Shown here piece after piece: positions 35,409 to 44,843 of a stretch of DNA of 64,000 nt (positions within the stretch are counted from its first letter, which is position 1; each line of letters begins with the position of its first letter). The stretch comes from Clostridia bacterium (GTDB taxonomy: Bacteria; Bacillota; Clostridia; Oscillospirales; CAG-272). A model generated the notes under the pieces. It made no database searches. It had not been told where the DNA came from and was given only the letters and a program-made list of their open reading frames with translations. The position numbers were made by a program, and so were the translations under genes. The DNA lies in assembly GCA_017450965.1 (NCBI GenBank), contig JAFSSQ010000080.1, positions 19,330 through 83,329 of the forward strand, written 5' to 3'.

Positions 35409-36619
35409 TGCGGAGAGAGAATAAACGGGGATTTTTTCAGGGGATCGGAGGCGGCGCCGATCCGCGGGGCGCAGAGGGTAAAGAAATCCTGCGCCTTCCG
35501 GTATAGCTCGTAACCGCGCGTGCCGGAGAGGTCCGCCGCTCCGTCGGCGGGTTTCGTTACGATCGGGATCCCGCCTTTTTCCCGGTGATGCAGGAGGGAG
35601 AGGCCGGTCTCGTTTGCGGCGAGGAGAACGGTGAAGGCGGGAGGGGCGTTTTGGTCTTCCTCCCGAACGCCAAAGAGGCAGGAGAGAACGGCGCGGCGGA
35701 TCCGGGCGGCGGGATAGCGCTTGGTCGGCAGGGCGGCGTAAAGACCGGAGAGAGAGGACGCGCTTTTTGCCTCCTTGCGGATCGCCTCCCCGAGGCCGCC
35801 GCCCGCTTCGGCAAATCGGGAAAACGGTTCACCGGAGCTTCGGAGAGCATAAAGGACGGCGCGCTCGGCGATGTGAAGCGAGGCGGGAGCTATCCCGTCC
35901 CCGGCCGCTTTGCAAAAGGCGGCGAGAGATTCGGGCGGGAGAAAGGGCGTCCACCGCTCGATCCCCTCGGAAAAGAGCGCCTCCCGCAGAGCCCCGGCGG
36001 AGGCGACGGTCCCCTCCGGCAGCTTCGTATCTCCGTGCCCGCCGCCGATCCGGGGAAGCGGAAGAGGAGAAAGCGGGGAGGAGAGCTCCTCGATGGCCCG
36101 GAGGTATTCCAGCGCGAGGATATTGTTCGGCTTGCGCAGCATGGTGAGCGCTTCGTCCGGGACAAGACCGGCAAGCGCCGTTTCCCGCAGTACGGGCGAG
36201 CCGACGACGGCGTACTTTCGGTCTTCCCGGAGGGCGGCGAGCGCGGCGGAAAACGCCTCGGAACGCAGAGCCCGCGCGATCTCGTTCAGCGGGCCGAGCG
36301 CCGCGTCCTCACAGCCGAAAGAGAGACAGTCGCAAAAGCCGAGAGCGTCGGCAAGGAAGACCCCGGCGCGGGCAAAATATCGGGCCGGCGCGGCGGAATA
36401 CGGGAAGGGAAGCTCGATCACGAGATCGGCGGCGCCGGAGGCGACGGCGGCTTTTGCGCGGACGTAGGGGTCCGCGAGCGCGGCCTCGCCCCGCTGGGTA
36501 AAAGAGCCGCCGAGAACGGCGACCACGGCGTCGATCCCCAGCCGCCGGAGAGCCCGGATCTGGCTGAGATGGCCGTTGTGGAAAGGGTTATACTCGCAGA
36601 TCACAGCCGCGACTTTCAT
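35405..36619 (-). CDS. tmcAL: tRNA(Met) cytidine acetate ligase (UPF0348/YlbM nucleotidyltransferase)
   Basis: 404 aa: [28 protein letters not shown]...[37 protein letters not shown]. This is the HxGH-type nucleotidyltransferase N-terminus characteristic of TmcAL. Confidence 0.85.
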   Translation of the reverse strand: [404 protein letters not shown]

Positions 36620-36645
36620 AGCGTTTCCTCCCGTTTGTTTTTCCC

Positions 36646-36674
36646 ATTATACTTCTTTTGGCAAAACATTGCAA
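36646..36674 (-). promoter_or_regulatory. Sigma-A-type promoter candidate for tmcAL
   Basis: Minus strand: TTGCAA (36674-36669), 17 nt spacer, TATAAT (36651-36646). Confidence 0.6.
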
Positions 36675-36702
36675 GAAAAAAGAACAAAACGGAAATTCGC
36701 TC

Positions 36703-36731
36703 TTGAAATCCGGCGAGACGGGCGGTATAAT
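36703..36731 (+). promoter_or_regulatory. Sigma-A-type promoter candidate for ackA
   Basis: TTGAAA (36703-36708), 17 nt spacer, TATAAT (36726-36731). Confidence 0.65.
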
Positions 36732-36768
36732 ATTAAGCGTTAATCCGAACTGTGAAAGGAATGTAGAT

Positions 36769-37983
36769 ATGAACGTACTTGTTGTCAATGCGGGTTCCAG
36801 CTCTCTCAAGTATCAGTTTTTTGATACGACGGAAGGGATCGTAAAAGCGAAAGGGATCTGCGAGCGGATCGGGATCGGCGGGAAGATTTCCCACAAGCAG
36901 CTTCTCACGGGCAAGGAATACGAGGCCGAGATCGAGATCGCCAATCATACCCAGGCGACGCGCCTGGTCGTGGAATGCCTGATGAATCCGGAATACGGCT
37001 GCGTCTCCAGCATGAAGGAGATCGAGGCGGTCGGCCACCGGATCGTCCACGGCGGCCCCTACTTCTTTGAGTCCGTCCTTCTTACCGACGACGTTCTCGC
37101 CAAGCTCGAGCTTTGCCGCGATCTCGCGCCTCTCCATACCGGCGCGCACATCATGGGCATCAAGGGCTGCCTCGAGGCGATGCCCGGCACGCCCCAGGTC
37201 CTTGTCTTCGATACCGCGTTCCATTCCACCATGCCGAAAAAGGCGCACGTCTACGGCGTTCCGTACGAGATGTACGAGAACTATAAGATCCGCCGCTACG
37301 GCGCGCACGGCACCTCCCACCGCTTCGTCGCGGGCGAGGCGATCAAGCTGCTCGGAAAACCGGCGAAGGATACCAAGATCATCACCTGCCATCTCGGCAA
37401 CGGTTCCTCCATCTCCGCCGTCGACGGCGGCAAGTGCGTGGATACCTCGATGGGTTTTACTCCCCTTGCCGGTGTGATCATGGGCACCCGCTGCGGGGAT
37501 ATGGATCCCGCCGTTGTTCCCTTCATCATGGAAAAAGAGGGCTTCACTCCTTCCGAGATGAACGAGTTTATGAATAAAAAGTGCGGCTTCCTCGGCATTT
37601 CCGGCGTTTCCTCCGACTGCCGCGACATCGAAGCGGCGATCGCCGAGGGCAACGAGCGCGCCAAGCTGGCGATGGATATTCTCATCTATCAGATCAAAAA
37701 GTTCATCGGCGCCTATACCGCCGCGATGAACGGGCTGGACGCTATCGTCTTCACCGCCGGAATCGGCGAGAATACGAAGGCCCTGCGCGAAGCGGTCTGC
37801 GAGAATATGGACTTCTTCGGCATCTCCTTCGACAAGGAAAAAAACAACGGCATGAAGCGCCCGTATTCGGCGACCTGCCTCTCTACGCCCGAGTCCAAAG
37901 TCAAGGTTTACATGATCCCGACAAACGAAGAGCTGATGATCGCCGCGGATACCGAAGAGATCGTCAGCGCGCTGAAAAAATAA
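36769..37983 (+). CDS. ackA: Acetate kinase
   Basis: In-frame ATG at 36769 gives MNVLVVNAGSSSLKYQFFD... Also contains HRIVHGG, VFDTAFH and YGAHGTSH. Confidence 0.95.
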   Translation: MNVLVVNAGSSSLKYQFFDTTEGIVKAKGICERIGIGGKISHKQLLTGKEYEAEIEIANHTQATRLVVECLMNPEYGCVSSMKEIEAVGHRIVHGGPYFFESVLLTDDVLAKLELCRDLAPLHTGAHIMGIKGCLEAMPGTPQVLVFDTAFHSTMPKKAHVYGVPYEMYENYKIRRYGAHGTSHRFVAGEAIKLLGKPAKDTKIITCHLGNGSSISAVDGGKCVDTSMGFTPLAGVIMGTRCGDMDPAVVPFIMEKEGFTPSEMNEFMNKKCGFLGISGVSSDCRDIEAAIAEGNERAKLAMDILIYQIKKFIGAYTAAMNGLDAIVFTAGIGENTKALREAVCENMDFFGISFDKEKNNGMKRPYSATCLSTPESKVKVYMIPTNEELMIAADTEEIVSALKK

Positions 37984-37994
37984 CAACAATGGAG

Positions 37995-38022
37995 AAAAGA
38001 GGACTGCAAAGTCCTCTTTTTT
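37995..38022 (+). terminator. Intrinsic terminator after ackA
   Basis: aaaagaggac-tgcaaa-gtcctctttttt. Confidence 0.8.
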
Positions 38023-38032
38023 CGGAGGCGGT

Positions 38033-38803
38033 ATGGATTATCAGGAGATCAACGCGCAAACGATCGACCGATGGGTCGAGGAGGGCTGGGAGTGGGGGAA
38101 ACCGATCTCCCGCGAAGAATACGCGAAAGCGAAAACGGGAGAATGGAGCGTTTTCCTAACTCCGACCAAGCCCGTGCCCCGCGCCTGGTTCGGCGAGCTT
38201 GCCGGAAAGCGCTTGCTCGGTCTGGCGGCGGGCGGCGGACAGCAGATGCCCGTGTTTGCCGCGGCGGGCGCGGACGTTACGGTGCTGGATTACTCGAAAA
38301 AGCAGCTTGAGACGGAGCGGACGGTGGCGGAGCGCGAGGGGTATCAGATCCGCATTATCCGCGCGGATATGACAAAGCCGCTCCCTTTTGAGGACGGGAG
38401 TTTCGATCTCATCTTTCATCCCGTATCGAACTGCTACGTCCGCGAGGTACGCCCGATCTTTCGCGAGTGCTTCCGTATCCTCAAGCCGGGAGGCGTTCTC
38501 CTCGGCGGATACGACAACGGGATCAATTATCTCTTTGACGAGGCGGAGGAACGGCTGATCAACCACCTCCCGTTCGATCCGCTTTCCGACCCGGGGCAGA
38601 GAAAACAGCTGGAGGACGCCGATTGCGGGCTCCAGTTTTCCCACACGCTGGAGGAGCAGCTGGGCGGGCAGCTGGAAGCCGGTTTTTTGATTACCGACCT
38701 CTATGAGGATTATAACGGGGAAGGAAGACTGCACGAGCTGCGCGTTCCCTCCTTCTTTGCCGCCCGCGCTGTCAAGCCGATCGGAAGACCGCGGCGCGCT
38801 TGA
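38033..38803 (+). CDS. Class I SAM-dependent methyltransferase
   Basis: 256 aa with motif I LLGLAAGGGQQ, VTVLDYSKKQL and motif II/III DGSFDLIFHPVSN...LKPGGVLL. Confidence 0.85.
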   Translation: MDYQEINAQTIDRWVEEGWEWGKPISREEYAKAKTGEWSVFLTPTKPVPRAWFGELAGKRLLGLAAGGGQQMPVFAAAGADVTVLDYSKKQLETERTVAEREGYQIRIIRADMTKPLPFEDGSFDLIFHPVSNCYVREVRPIFRECFRILKPGGVLLGGYDNGINYLFDEAEERLINHLPFDPLSDPGQRKQLEDADCGLQFSHTLEEQLGGQLEAGFLITDLYEDYNGEGRLHELRVPSFFAARAVKPIGRPRRA

Positions 38804-38820
38804 CGATCTTCTTGACTTTC

Positions 38821-38857
38821 GTTTTCCGCGGACCGTTTCGGTCCGTGGAAAACTTTT
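38821..38857. terminator. Bidirectional intrinsic terminator
   Basis: gttttccgcggacc-gtttc-ggtccgtggaaaac followed by TTTT, between convergent genes. Confidence 0.75.
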
Positions 38858-38889
38858 CTTGAAAAGGCGTGAGATGCATCGGCTCGCGT

Positions 38890-39987
38890 TCAGCCGAGCG
38901 CCGCGAAGACGCGGGCGAGGAACGCTTCGCTTTTTTTCTCCAAGCGGTTAAAGTTCATCGCTTTGCCGTAGATCCGCTCCAGCGCAAAGTGGTATTCGCG
39001 CGCGTTGGCAAGATGGGAAAGACCGTAGGCTTTAAACTTTTCGGAGAGCAGAAGGGAGAGGCGGTTTGCCGTATCCGTTTCCGCAAAACGGCTCTCAAAG
39101 AAGCGGCCGATCCGCATTTTCCCCTCGTCTTTTGCAGCGCCGGTGCGGACCGCAAGCCCGAAATCCGCTTCCGGCAGGTAGATCGCGCGATAGCAGGAGG
39201 GAAGAAGGGGCTCCGGCGCCGCGCAGACGGTGTGCCCGAGTTCCCGAAGGATCCCGGCCGCCTCGGTGAGAAAGACCCGTCCCTCCCCGTGCCGATCGTT
39301 GACGGTATAGCAGGAACCGCCGAAAAACGGAAACTCGATCCGCCCGAACATCGAGAGAGCCGCCGTGGGCCGCTCGACGATCGCCGCCTGCTCCGGGTGC
39401 GCCGGAGGGGTGAGACGGGTCTTGAAAAAGGTTTTCAGCTTTTCCCGCCGGACCGGCGCGATGCGCTTGCAGGCCTTTTCCAGGAGATCGCCCGCGGGCG
39501 CGAAAAAGGAATAGGCGCAGCGAAAGCATTCGGCTTTTTTCGCGCTCAATGTTTCGATCTCATCGCGGGACGCGGCGAGAACGTCGGTGTTCCAGAACTC
39601 GCCGAAGTCGAGGATATGCCCGCTCGCACCGGAGAGGACCGGCATACGGGCGTGCGGCGCCGTTGCATCCACGACCGAGACGCAGCGCATCCCGTCCCCG
39701 GAGAGAAGGCGGATCCCGTCAAGGGATTCCGGGTCGGAGGAACAGTAGTAAAGCTCGTACGCCACCCCCTCCGCTTCGGCTTTTGCCCGGACTTTTTTCA
39801 GAAACGAGGACTTTCCCGTGCCCGGTCCCCCATATATATAGAAGACGGTACCGGTCGGGGACTCGCAAAGGACCGCGTCGCCGAAGGAGCGAAAACCGTC
39901 GGCTCCGTTCGCTCCGAGAAAAAAGGAGCGGGAGGGGAGAAAACAGAAGGCGGGCGAGAAAGAGGCGGCTGCTTTTTCTTGTTTCAT
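38890..39987 (-). CDS. P-loop NTPase of unknown function (PRK06851-like, tentative)
   Basis: 365 aa with N-terminal FFLGANGADGFRSF and Walker A YIYGGPGTGKSSFLKKV. No further family motif was recognised. Confidence 0.6.
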   Translation of the reverse strand: MKQEKAAASFSPAFCFLPSRSFFLGANGADGFRSFGDAVLCESPTGTVFYIYGGPGTGKSSFLKKVRAKAEAEGVAYELYYCSSDPESLDGIRLLSGDGMRCVSVVDATAPHARMPVLSGASGHILDFGEFWNTDVLAASRDEIETLSAKKAECFRCAYSFFAPAGDLLEKACKRIAPVRREKLKTFFKTRLTPPAHPEQAAIVERPTAALSMFGRIEFPFFGGSCYTVNDRHGEGRVFLTEAAGILRELGHTVCAAPEPLLPSCYRAIYLPEADFGLAVRTGAAKDEGKMRIGRFFESRFAETDTANRLSLLLSEKFKAYGLSHLANAREYHFALERIYGKAMNFNRLEKKSEAFLARVFAALG

Positions 39988-40059
39988 AATAAAACCTTTC
40001 CTGTTTGATTTTCATCTCCAGTATATGAAGGGAGCGCGGGAAAAAAGACGCAAAAAGGG

Positions 40060-40088
40060 TTGAAATCGGAAAGATAATCTGCTATACT
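40060..40088 (+). promoter_or_regulatory. Sigma-A-type promoter candidate for coaE operon
   Basis: TTGAAA (40060-40065), 17 nt spacer, TATACT (40083-40088). Confidence 0.6.
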
Positions 40089-40116
40089 ATAATATGTATA
40101 ATTATGGGGGAAAGCC

Positions 40117-40743
40117 GTGAAAGTATTGGGATTAACGGGCGGAAGCGGAAGCGGAAAAAGCGTTGCCGCGTCCTTTCTCGCTTCGCGCGGGGGGAACGTG
40201 ATCGACGCGGACGCCGTCTATCACCGTCTGATTGCGGAAAAAGGCCGCTGCACGCGGGCCGTATCTCGCGCGTTCGGCCCGGATATTCTCCTTCCGGACG
40301 GAACGCTCGACCGCCGGAAGCTCGCCTCGCTCGTCTTCGCCCCCGACGGTCGGGAGGCGCTTTGCCGTCTCAACGAAGCGGTGCATCCCATTGTGATGCG
40401 GGAGATCGGCAAACTTCTTTCCAAGGCGGAGAGATCGGGCGTCCCTTACGTTGTTCTCGACGCGCCCCAGCTCTTTGAAGCGGGCGCGGATCGGCTCTGC
40501 GACGCGACCGCCGCCGTCCTGGCCGACCGCGATCTGCGCATCCGCCGCCTTTCCGAGCGGGACGCGCTCCCCGCCGGGGAGGCCGCCCGCCGGATCGACG
40601 CGCAGCTTCCGGACGATTATTTCCGGGAGCATTGCGATTTCATTCTGGAAAACAACGGCACGGCCGATCAGCTGCGGGAGGCCTGCGAGACGCTGCTTTC
40701 GCGTCTCGGCGTTCCCGCTCCCGCCGGGAGGAGAGAACGATGA
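40117..40743 (+). CDS. coaE: Dephospho-CoA kinase
   Basis: 208 aa with a GTG start: MKVLGLTGGSGSGKSVAASFLASRGGNVIDADAV... Confidence 0.92.
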   Translation: MKVLGLTGGSGSGKSVAASFLASRGGNVIDADAVYHRLIAEKGRCTRAVSRAFGPDILLPDGTLDRRKLASLVFAPDGREALCRLNEAVHPIVMREIGKLLSKAERSGVPYVVLDAPQLFEAGADRLCDATAAVLADRDLRIRRLSERDALPAGEAARRIDAQLPDDYFREHCDFILENNGTADQLREACETLLSRLGVPAPAGRRER

Positions 40744-41321
40744 AAAAAGCCCTCTTTCACAGCCTTGTCGTTTTGCTGATCATCGCGCTCTCTCTTGCCT
40801 GCGGATGGGCGTATACCGCGGTCTGCGACAGGATCGACCGGAAAAAGTATCCCTGCCTGTACGAGGAATACGTTCAGTCTTACAGCGTCAGGTTCGGCGT
40901 GCCGGAGCATATCATCTACGCCGTGATCAAGGTGGAGAGCGATTTTTCAAGCAACGCGGTCTCTTCCGTCGGCGCGATCGGGCTGATGCAGCTGATGCCG
41001 GACACCTTCGATTGGGTGAAAATGAAGCTGGGGGAAGAAGGCACCTCCGCCCTTCTTTACGATCCGGAAACCAATATCCGATACGGGACCTTTTATCTCT
41101 CTTATCTCAAAACGCGCTACGGGGTCTGGACGACGGCCTTTGCCGCCTATAACGCCGGGTTCGGCCGTGTGGACGAGTGGCTCGATAATCCCGACTACGT
41201 CGACCAAAACGGCATTCTCCTTGACACGCCCTTCGCCGAAACGACGGCGTATATGAAAAAAATCAATAAGACCATCGAGATCTACGATCGGCTCTATCCG
41301 GCTTCTCCGGATTCTCAATGA
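40740..41321 (+). CDS. Lytic transglycosylase (SLT domain), membrane anchored
   Basis: In-frame ATG at 40740 (ATGA overlap with coaE). TM segment MKKALFHSLVVLLIIALSLA. SLT core IKVESDFSSNAVSSVGAIGLMQLMPDTF...AAYNAG. Confidence 0.88.
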   Translation: MKKALFHSLVVLLIIALSLACGWAYTAVCDRIDRKKYPCLYEEYVQSYSVRFGVPEHIIYAVIKVESDFSSNAVSSVGAIGLMQLMPDTFDWVKMKLGEEGTSALLYDPETNIRYGTFYLSYLKTRYGVWTTAFAAYNAGFGRVDEWLDNPDYVDQNGILLDTPFAETTAYMKKINKTIEIYDRLYPASPDSQ

Positions 41322-41336
41322 AAGGAAAAAAGAAGA

Positions 41337-42728
41337 ATGGCAACCACGGAAGAACTGAAAAAGCAACTGACGTACGAAAAAAAGAGCTTTTTTGAAACGG
41401 CGGACGACGCGGCGCGGGAGGCGGCTCTCCGGTACGCGGAGGGGTATCGCGCCTTTATCGATTACGCAAAGACCGAGCGCGAGTCCGTTGATTACGCCGT
41501 AAAGGCCGCAGAGCGGGAAGGATATCGCCCTTACCGCTGGGGGGACAAGCTGACGGCGGGCGGCAAATACTATCTCAACAACCGGGGCAAGAGCCTTTAC
41601 CTTTTTCGCATCGGCGCCGAATCGCCGGAGAACGGGATCCGCATCGTCGCCTCCCATATCGACTCGCCGCGCCTCGATCTGAAGCCGGTCCCGGTCTACG
41701 AGGAGGGCGGGATGGCCTTCCTGAAAACCCATTACTACGGCGGGATCCGGAAATATCAGTGGACGGCGATCCCGCTCGCCCTGCACGGAACGGTCGCGCT
41801 GCGCGGCGGGGAAACGGTCTCCGTCCGGATCGGCGAAGAGGAAAACGACCCCGTTTTCTATATCAACGACCTTCTTCCGCATCTTTCCGCCGAGCAGGAT
41901 CAGAAGCCGCTCGGCAAAGCGATCAGCGGGGAAGCGCTCAATCTTCTTTCCGGCAGCGCGCCGGCGGACAAAGGGACGGAAAGCGAGGAGATCAAGCTCA
42001 ATCTCCTCCGGCTCCTCAACGAACGCTGCGGGATCAAAGAGGAGGATCTGATCAGCGCGGAGCTGTGCGCCGTTCCCGCCTTCAAGGCGCGGGACGTCGG
42101 ACTTGACCGCTGGCTCCTCGCCGCCTACGGGCACGACGATCACGTCTGCGCCTATCCTTCTCTCACCGCGCTCTTTGAGTCCGCGGGCGAAAAACGCACG
42201 GTCTGCTGCATCCTCGCGGACAAAGAGGAAACGGGCAGCAACGGCAGTACGTGGATGCAGAGCCGGATCCTTGCCGATCTGATCGACGAGATCGCGGCAG
42301 CTTTTTCCTGCGACGCAAACCGCATCCGCGCAAACAGCGAATGCCTCTCCGCCGACGTCGCCGCCGCTTACGATCCGAATTTTCCCGAGGTCTTTGAAAA
42401 ACGCAACGCGGCGCTTCTTTCCTGCGGCGTGGCGGTCTGCAAATACACCGGCGCCCGCGGCAAAAGCGGAACCAACGACGCCTCCGCCGAGTTCACGGCG
42501 AAGATCCGTTCCCTGCTTGACGCCCATCAGGTCAACTGGCAGATCGCGGAGCTCGGAAAGGTGGACGCGGGCGGCGGCGGAACGGTGGCCAAGTTCATTT
42601 CCGTCCACAACATCGACACCATCGACGTCGGCGTTCCCGTTCTTTCGATGCACGCGCCCTACGAGGTGATCTCCAAGGCGGATCTTTATTCCGCGCACCT
42701 TGCCATTTCCGCCTTTTTAACCGACTGA
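41337..42728 (+). CDS. M18-family aminopeptidase
   Basis: 463 aa with ...ASHIDSPRLDLKP..., DKEETGSNG and SMHAPYEV, typical of aminopeptidase 1/aspartyl aminopeptidase (M18). Confidence 0.85.
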   Translation: MATTEELKKQLTYEKKSFFETADDAAREAALRYAEGYRAFIDYAKTERESVDYAVKAAEREGYRPYRWGDKLTAGGKYYLNNRGKSLYLFRIGAESPENGIRIVASHIDSPRLDLKPVPVYEEGGMAFLKTHYYGGIRKYQWTAIPLALHGTVALRGGETVSVRIGEEENDPVFYINDLLPHLSAEQDQKPLGKAISGEALNLLSGSAPADKGTESEEIKLNLLRLLNERCGIKEEDLISAELCAVPAFKARDVGLDRWLLAAYGHDDHVCAYPSLTALFESAGEKRTVCCILADKEETGSNGSTWMQSRILADLIDEIAAAFSCDANRIRANSECLSADVAAAYDPNFPEVFEKRNAALLSCGVAVCKYTGARGKSGTNDASAEFTAKIRSLLDAHQVNWQIAELGKVDAGGGGTVAKFISVHNIDTIDVGVPVLSMHAPYEVISKADLYSAHLAISAFLTD

Positions 42729-42729
42729 G

Positions 42730-43803
42730 ATGTTGGAAAAGCTCAAGGATATCGAAGCGCGCTGCGGCGAGATCGACGCGCTCCTCTCCGACCCCGCCCT
42801 CACGAGGGACCGGGTGAAGTACGCCGCGCTGATGCGGGAGTATAAGCGCCTCTCGCCCGTCGTTGCGGCGTACCGTTCCTACCGCTCGCTTTTCGGGCAG
42901 TTAGCCGGCGCGGAGGAGCTGGAGCGCGGGGAAAGCGACCCCGAGCTGCGGGAGCTTGCCCGCGCGGAAGCCGCCCTCTTAAAAGAAAAACTCGAAAAGG
43001 CGGAAACGGAGCTGAAGCTTCTCCTCCTTCCGCGCGACCCGAACGACGACAAGAACGTCGTGATCGAGATCCGCGCCGGGGCGGGTGGGGAAGAAGCGGC
43101 GCTGTTTGTCGCCGTCCTATACCGGATGTATTCGATGTATGCGGACCGCGCCGGTTTTTCCGTGGATCTGGATTCCGCAAACGAGACGGAGCTCGGCGGG
43201 TTTCGCGAGATCGTCTTCACCGTTTCGGGCGAGGGGGCGTATTCCCGTCTGAAATACGAAAGCGGCGTTCACCGCGTCCAGCGCGTCCCGGAAACGGAGA
43301 CGGCGGGGCGGATCCACACCTCCACCGCCACGGTCGCCGTTCTGCCGGAGGCCGAAGAGGTGGAAGTGGAGATCAAGGACGCCGATCTGAAGATCGAGAC
43401 GATCAAGTCCAGCGGCGCCGGCGGTCAGCATATCAACAAGACCGAGAGCGCCATCCGCCTCCTTCACAAGCCGAGCGGCATCGTGATCGAGTGCCAGGAC
43501 GAGAGAAGCCAGTACAAAAACAAAGAAAAAGCGATGCGCCTCCTGCGCGCGAAGCTCTACGACCTCAAAGAGGCCGAGCAGACCGAAAAGATCGCGTCCG
43601 AGCGGCGCAGTCAGGTCGGGACCGGCGACCGGAGCGAGCGCATCCGCACCTATAATTATCCGCAGGGCAGGGTAACCGATCACCGGATCGGACTCACGCT
43701 CTATTCGCTCGAGGAGTTCCTTGACGGCGGGATCGCGCCCATGCTGGAAGCCCTTGCCGCGGAGGACGCCGCGAAAAAACTGAAAGGCTCAGACGAAATT
43801 TGA
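42730..43803 (+). CDS. prfA: Peptide chain release factor 1
   Basis: 357 aa with SGAGGQHINKTESAIRLLHKPSGIV (GGQ motif) and RIHTSTATVAVLPE. Confidence 0.95.
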   Translation: MLEKLKDIEARCGEIDALLSDPALTRDRVKYAALMREYKRLSPVVAAYRSYRSLFGQLAGAEELERGESDPELRELARAEAALLKEKLEKAETELKLLLLPRDPNDDKNVVIEIRAGAGGEEAALFVAVLYRMYSMYADRAGFSVDLDSANETELGGFREIVFTVSGEGAYSRLKYESGVHRVQRVPETETAGRIHTSTATVAVLPEAEEVEVEIKDADLKIETIKSSGAGGQHINKTESAIRLLHKPSGIVIECQDERSQYKNKEKAMRLLRAKLYDLKEAEQTEKIASERRSQVGTGDRSERIRTYNYPQGRVTDHRIGLTLYSLEEFLDGGIAPMLEALAAEDAAKKLKGSDEI

Positions 43804-44831
43804 AAACCGCATTTCTCAAAGTGGATCCGGAGCGTTTTGACGAAAGCGCGCTGGAGCTGCCCGCCCGTCTGATCGCCGGGGGAGAGCTCGTCGCCTTTCC
43901 GACCGAGACGGTCTACGGGCTCGGCGCCTCCGCGCTGGACGGAGACGCGGTGAAAGAGATCTACCGCGCCAAAGGCCGCCCCTCCTTCAATCCTCTTATC
44001 ATCCATATCGCCTCGCCGGACGAGGCGGACCGCTACGCCGTGACGGACGGCCGCTACCGGGCGCTCTCTGAGGCGTTTATGCCCGGGCCCCTCACGGTCG
44101 TGATGCCCGATCGGGGCAGTGTAGCCACCGAGGTTACGGCGGGGCTCGGCACGATCGCCGTCCGCTGCCCCGTCCACCCCGTTGCGCGCGCGTTGATCCG
44201 GCTTTCGGGCGTGCCGATCGCCGCTCCTTCCGCCAACCGTTCCGGTAAGCCCTCCACCACAACGGCGGAGCACGTCCTCCACGATCTCGGCGGCAGGATC
44301 CCCTGTATCATCGACGGCGGACCCTCTTCGGTCGGGCTGGAATCAACGATCGTCAAGCTTTGCCCGGACGGGACAAACGTCCTGCTCCGTCCCGGCGGCA
44401 TCACGCTGGAAATGCTCAGAGAAACGCTCGGGACCGTTGCGGTATCGGACGCCGTCCTGCACCCGCCGGCGCCGGGCTCGCGGCCCGAGTCCCCCGGGAT
44501 GCTCCTGCGGCATTACGCGCCGGACGCGCCGCTCTACCTGATCCACTCCGACCGGCCGGACGCCGTCAGCCGTTTTCTGCGGGAGGCGGCGGCGGATCCC
44601 GAAAACGCCGTTCTCTGCTACACGGGAACGGTGCCCCCCGGCCCGAACGTTTACGAGCTCGGAGAGGCAAGCGGTCCCGAGGAAGCGAAAAACCTGTTTT
44701 CTCTCCTGCGCCTTGCCGACCGCGGGGAGATCAAGCGGATCTACGCGCCGCTGCCTGAGGCGGACGGGATCGGTCTGGCTTTACAGAACCGGATGCTGCG
44801 CGCCGCCGCCTTCCGGATCAAAGAGATTTGA
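43800..44831 (+). CDS. tsaC: L-threonylcarbamoyladenylate synthase (Sua5/YwlC type, with C-terminal Sua5 domain)
   Basis: 343 aa with a TTG start overlapping the prfA stop. Contains VAFPTETVYGLGA, KGRPSFNPLIIH and SANRSGKPS. Confidence 0.9.
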   Translation: MKTAFLKVDPERFDESALELPARLIAGGELVAFPTETVYGLGASALDGDAVKEIYRAKGRPSFNPLIIHIASPDEADRYAVTDGRYRALSEAFMPGPLTVVMPDRGSVATEVTAGLGTIAVRCPVHPVARALIRLSGVPIAAPSANRSGKPSTTTAEHVLHDLGGRIPCIIDGGPSSVGLESTIVKLCPDGTNVLLRPGGITLEMLRETLGTVAVSDAVLHPPAPGSRPESPGMLLRHYAPDAPLYLIHSDRPDAVSRFLREAAADPENAVLCYTGTVPPGPNVYELGEASGPEEAKNLFSLLRLADRGEIKRIYAPLPEADGIGLALQNRMLRAAAFRIKEI

Positions 44832-44843
44832 CAGAGGTAAATC

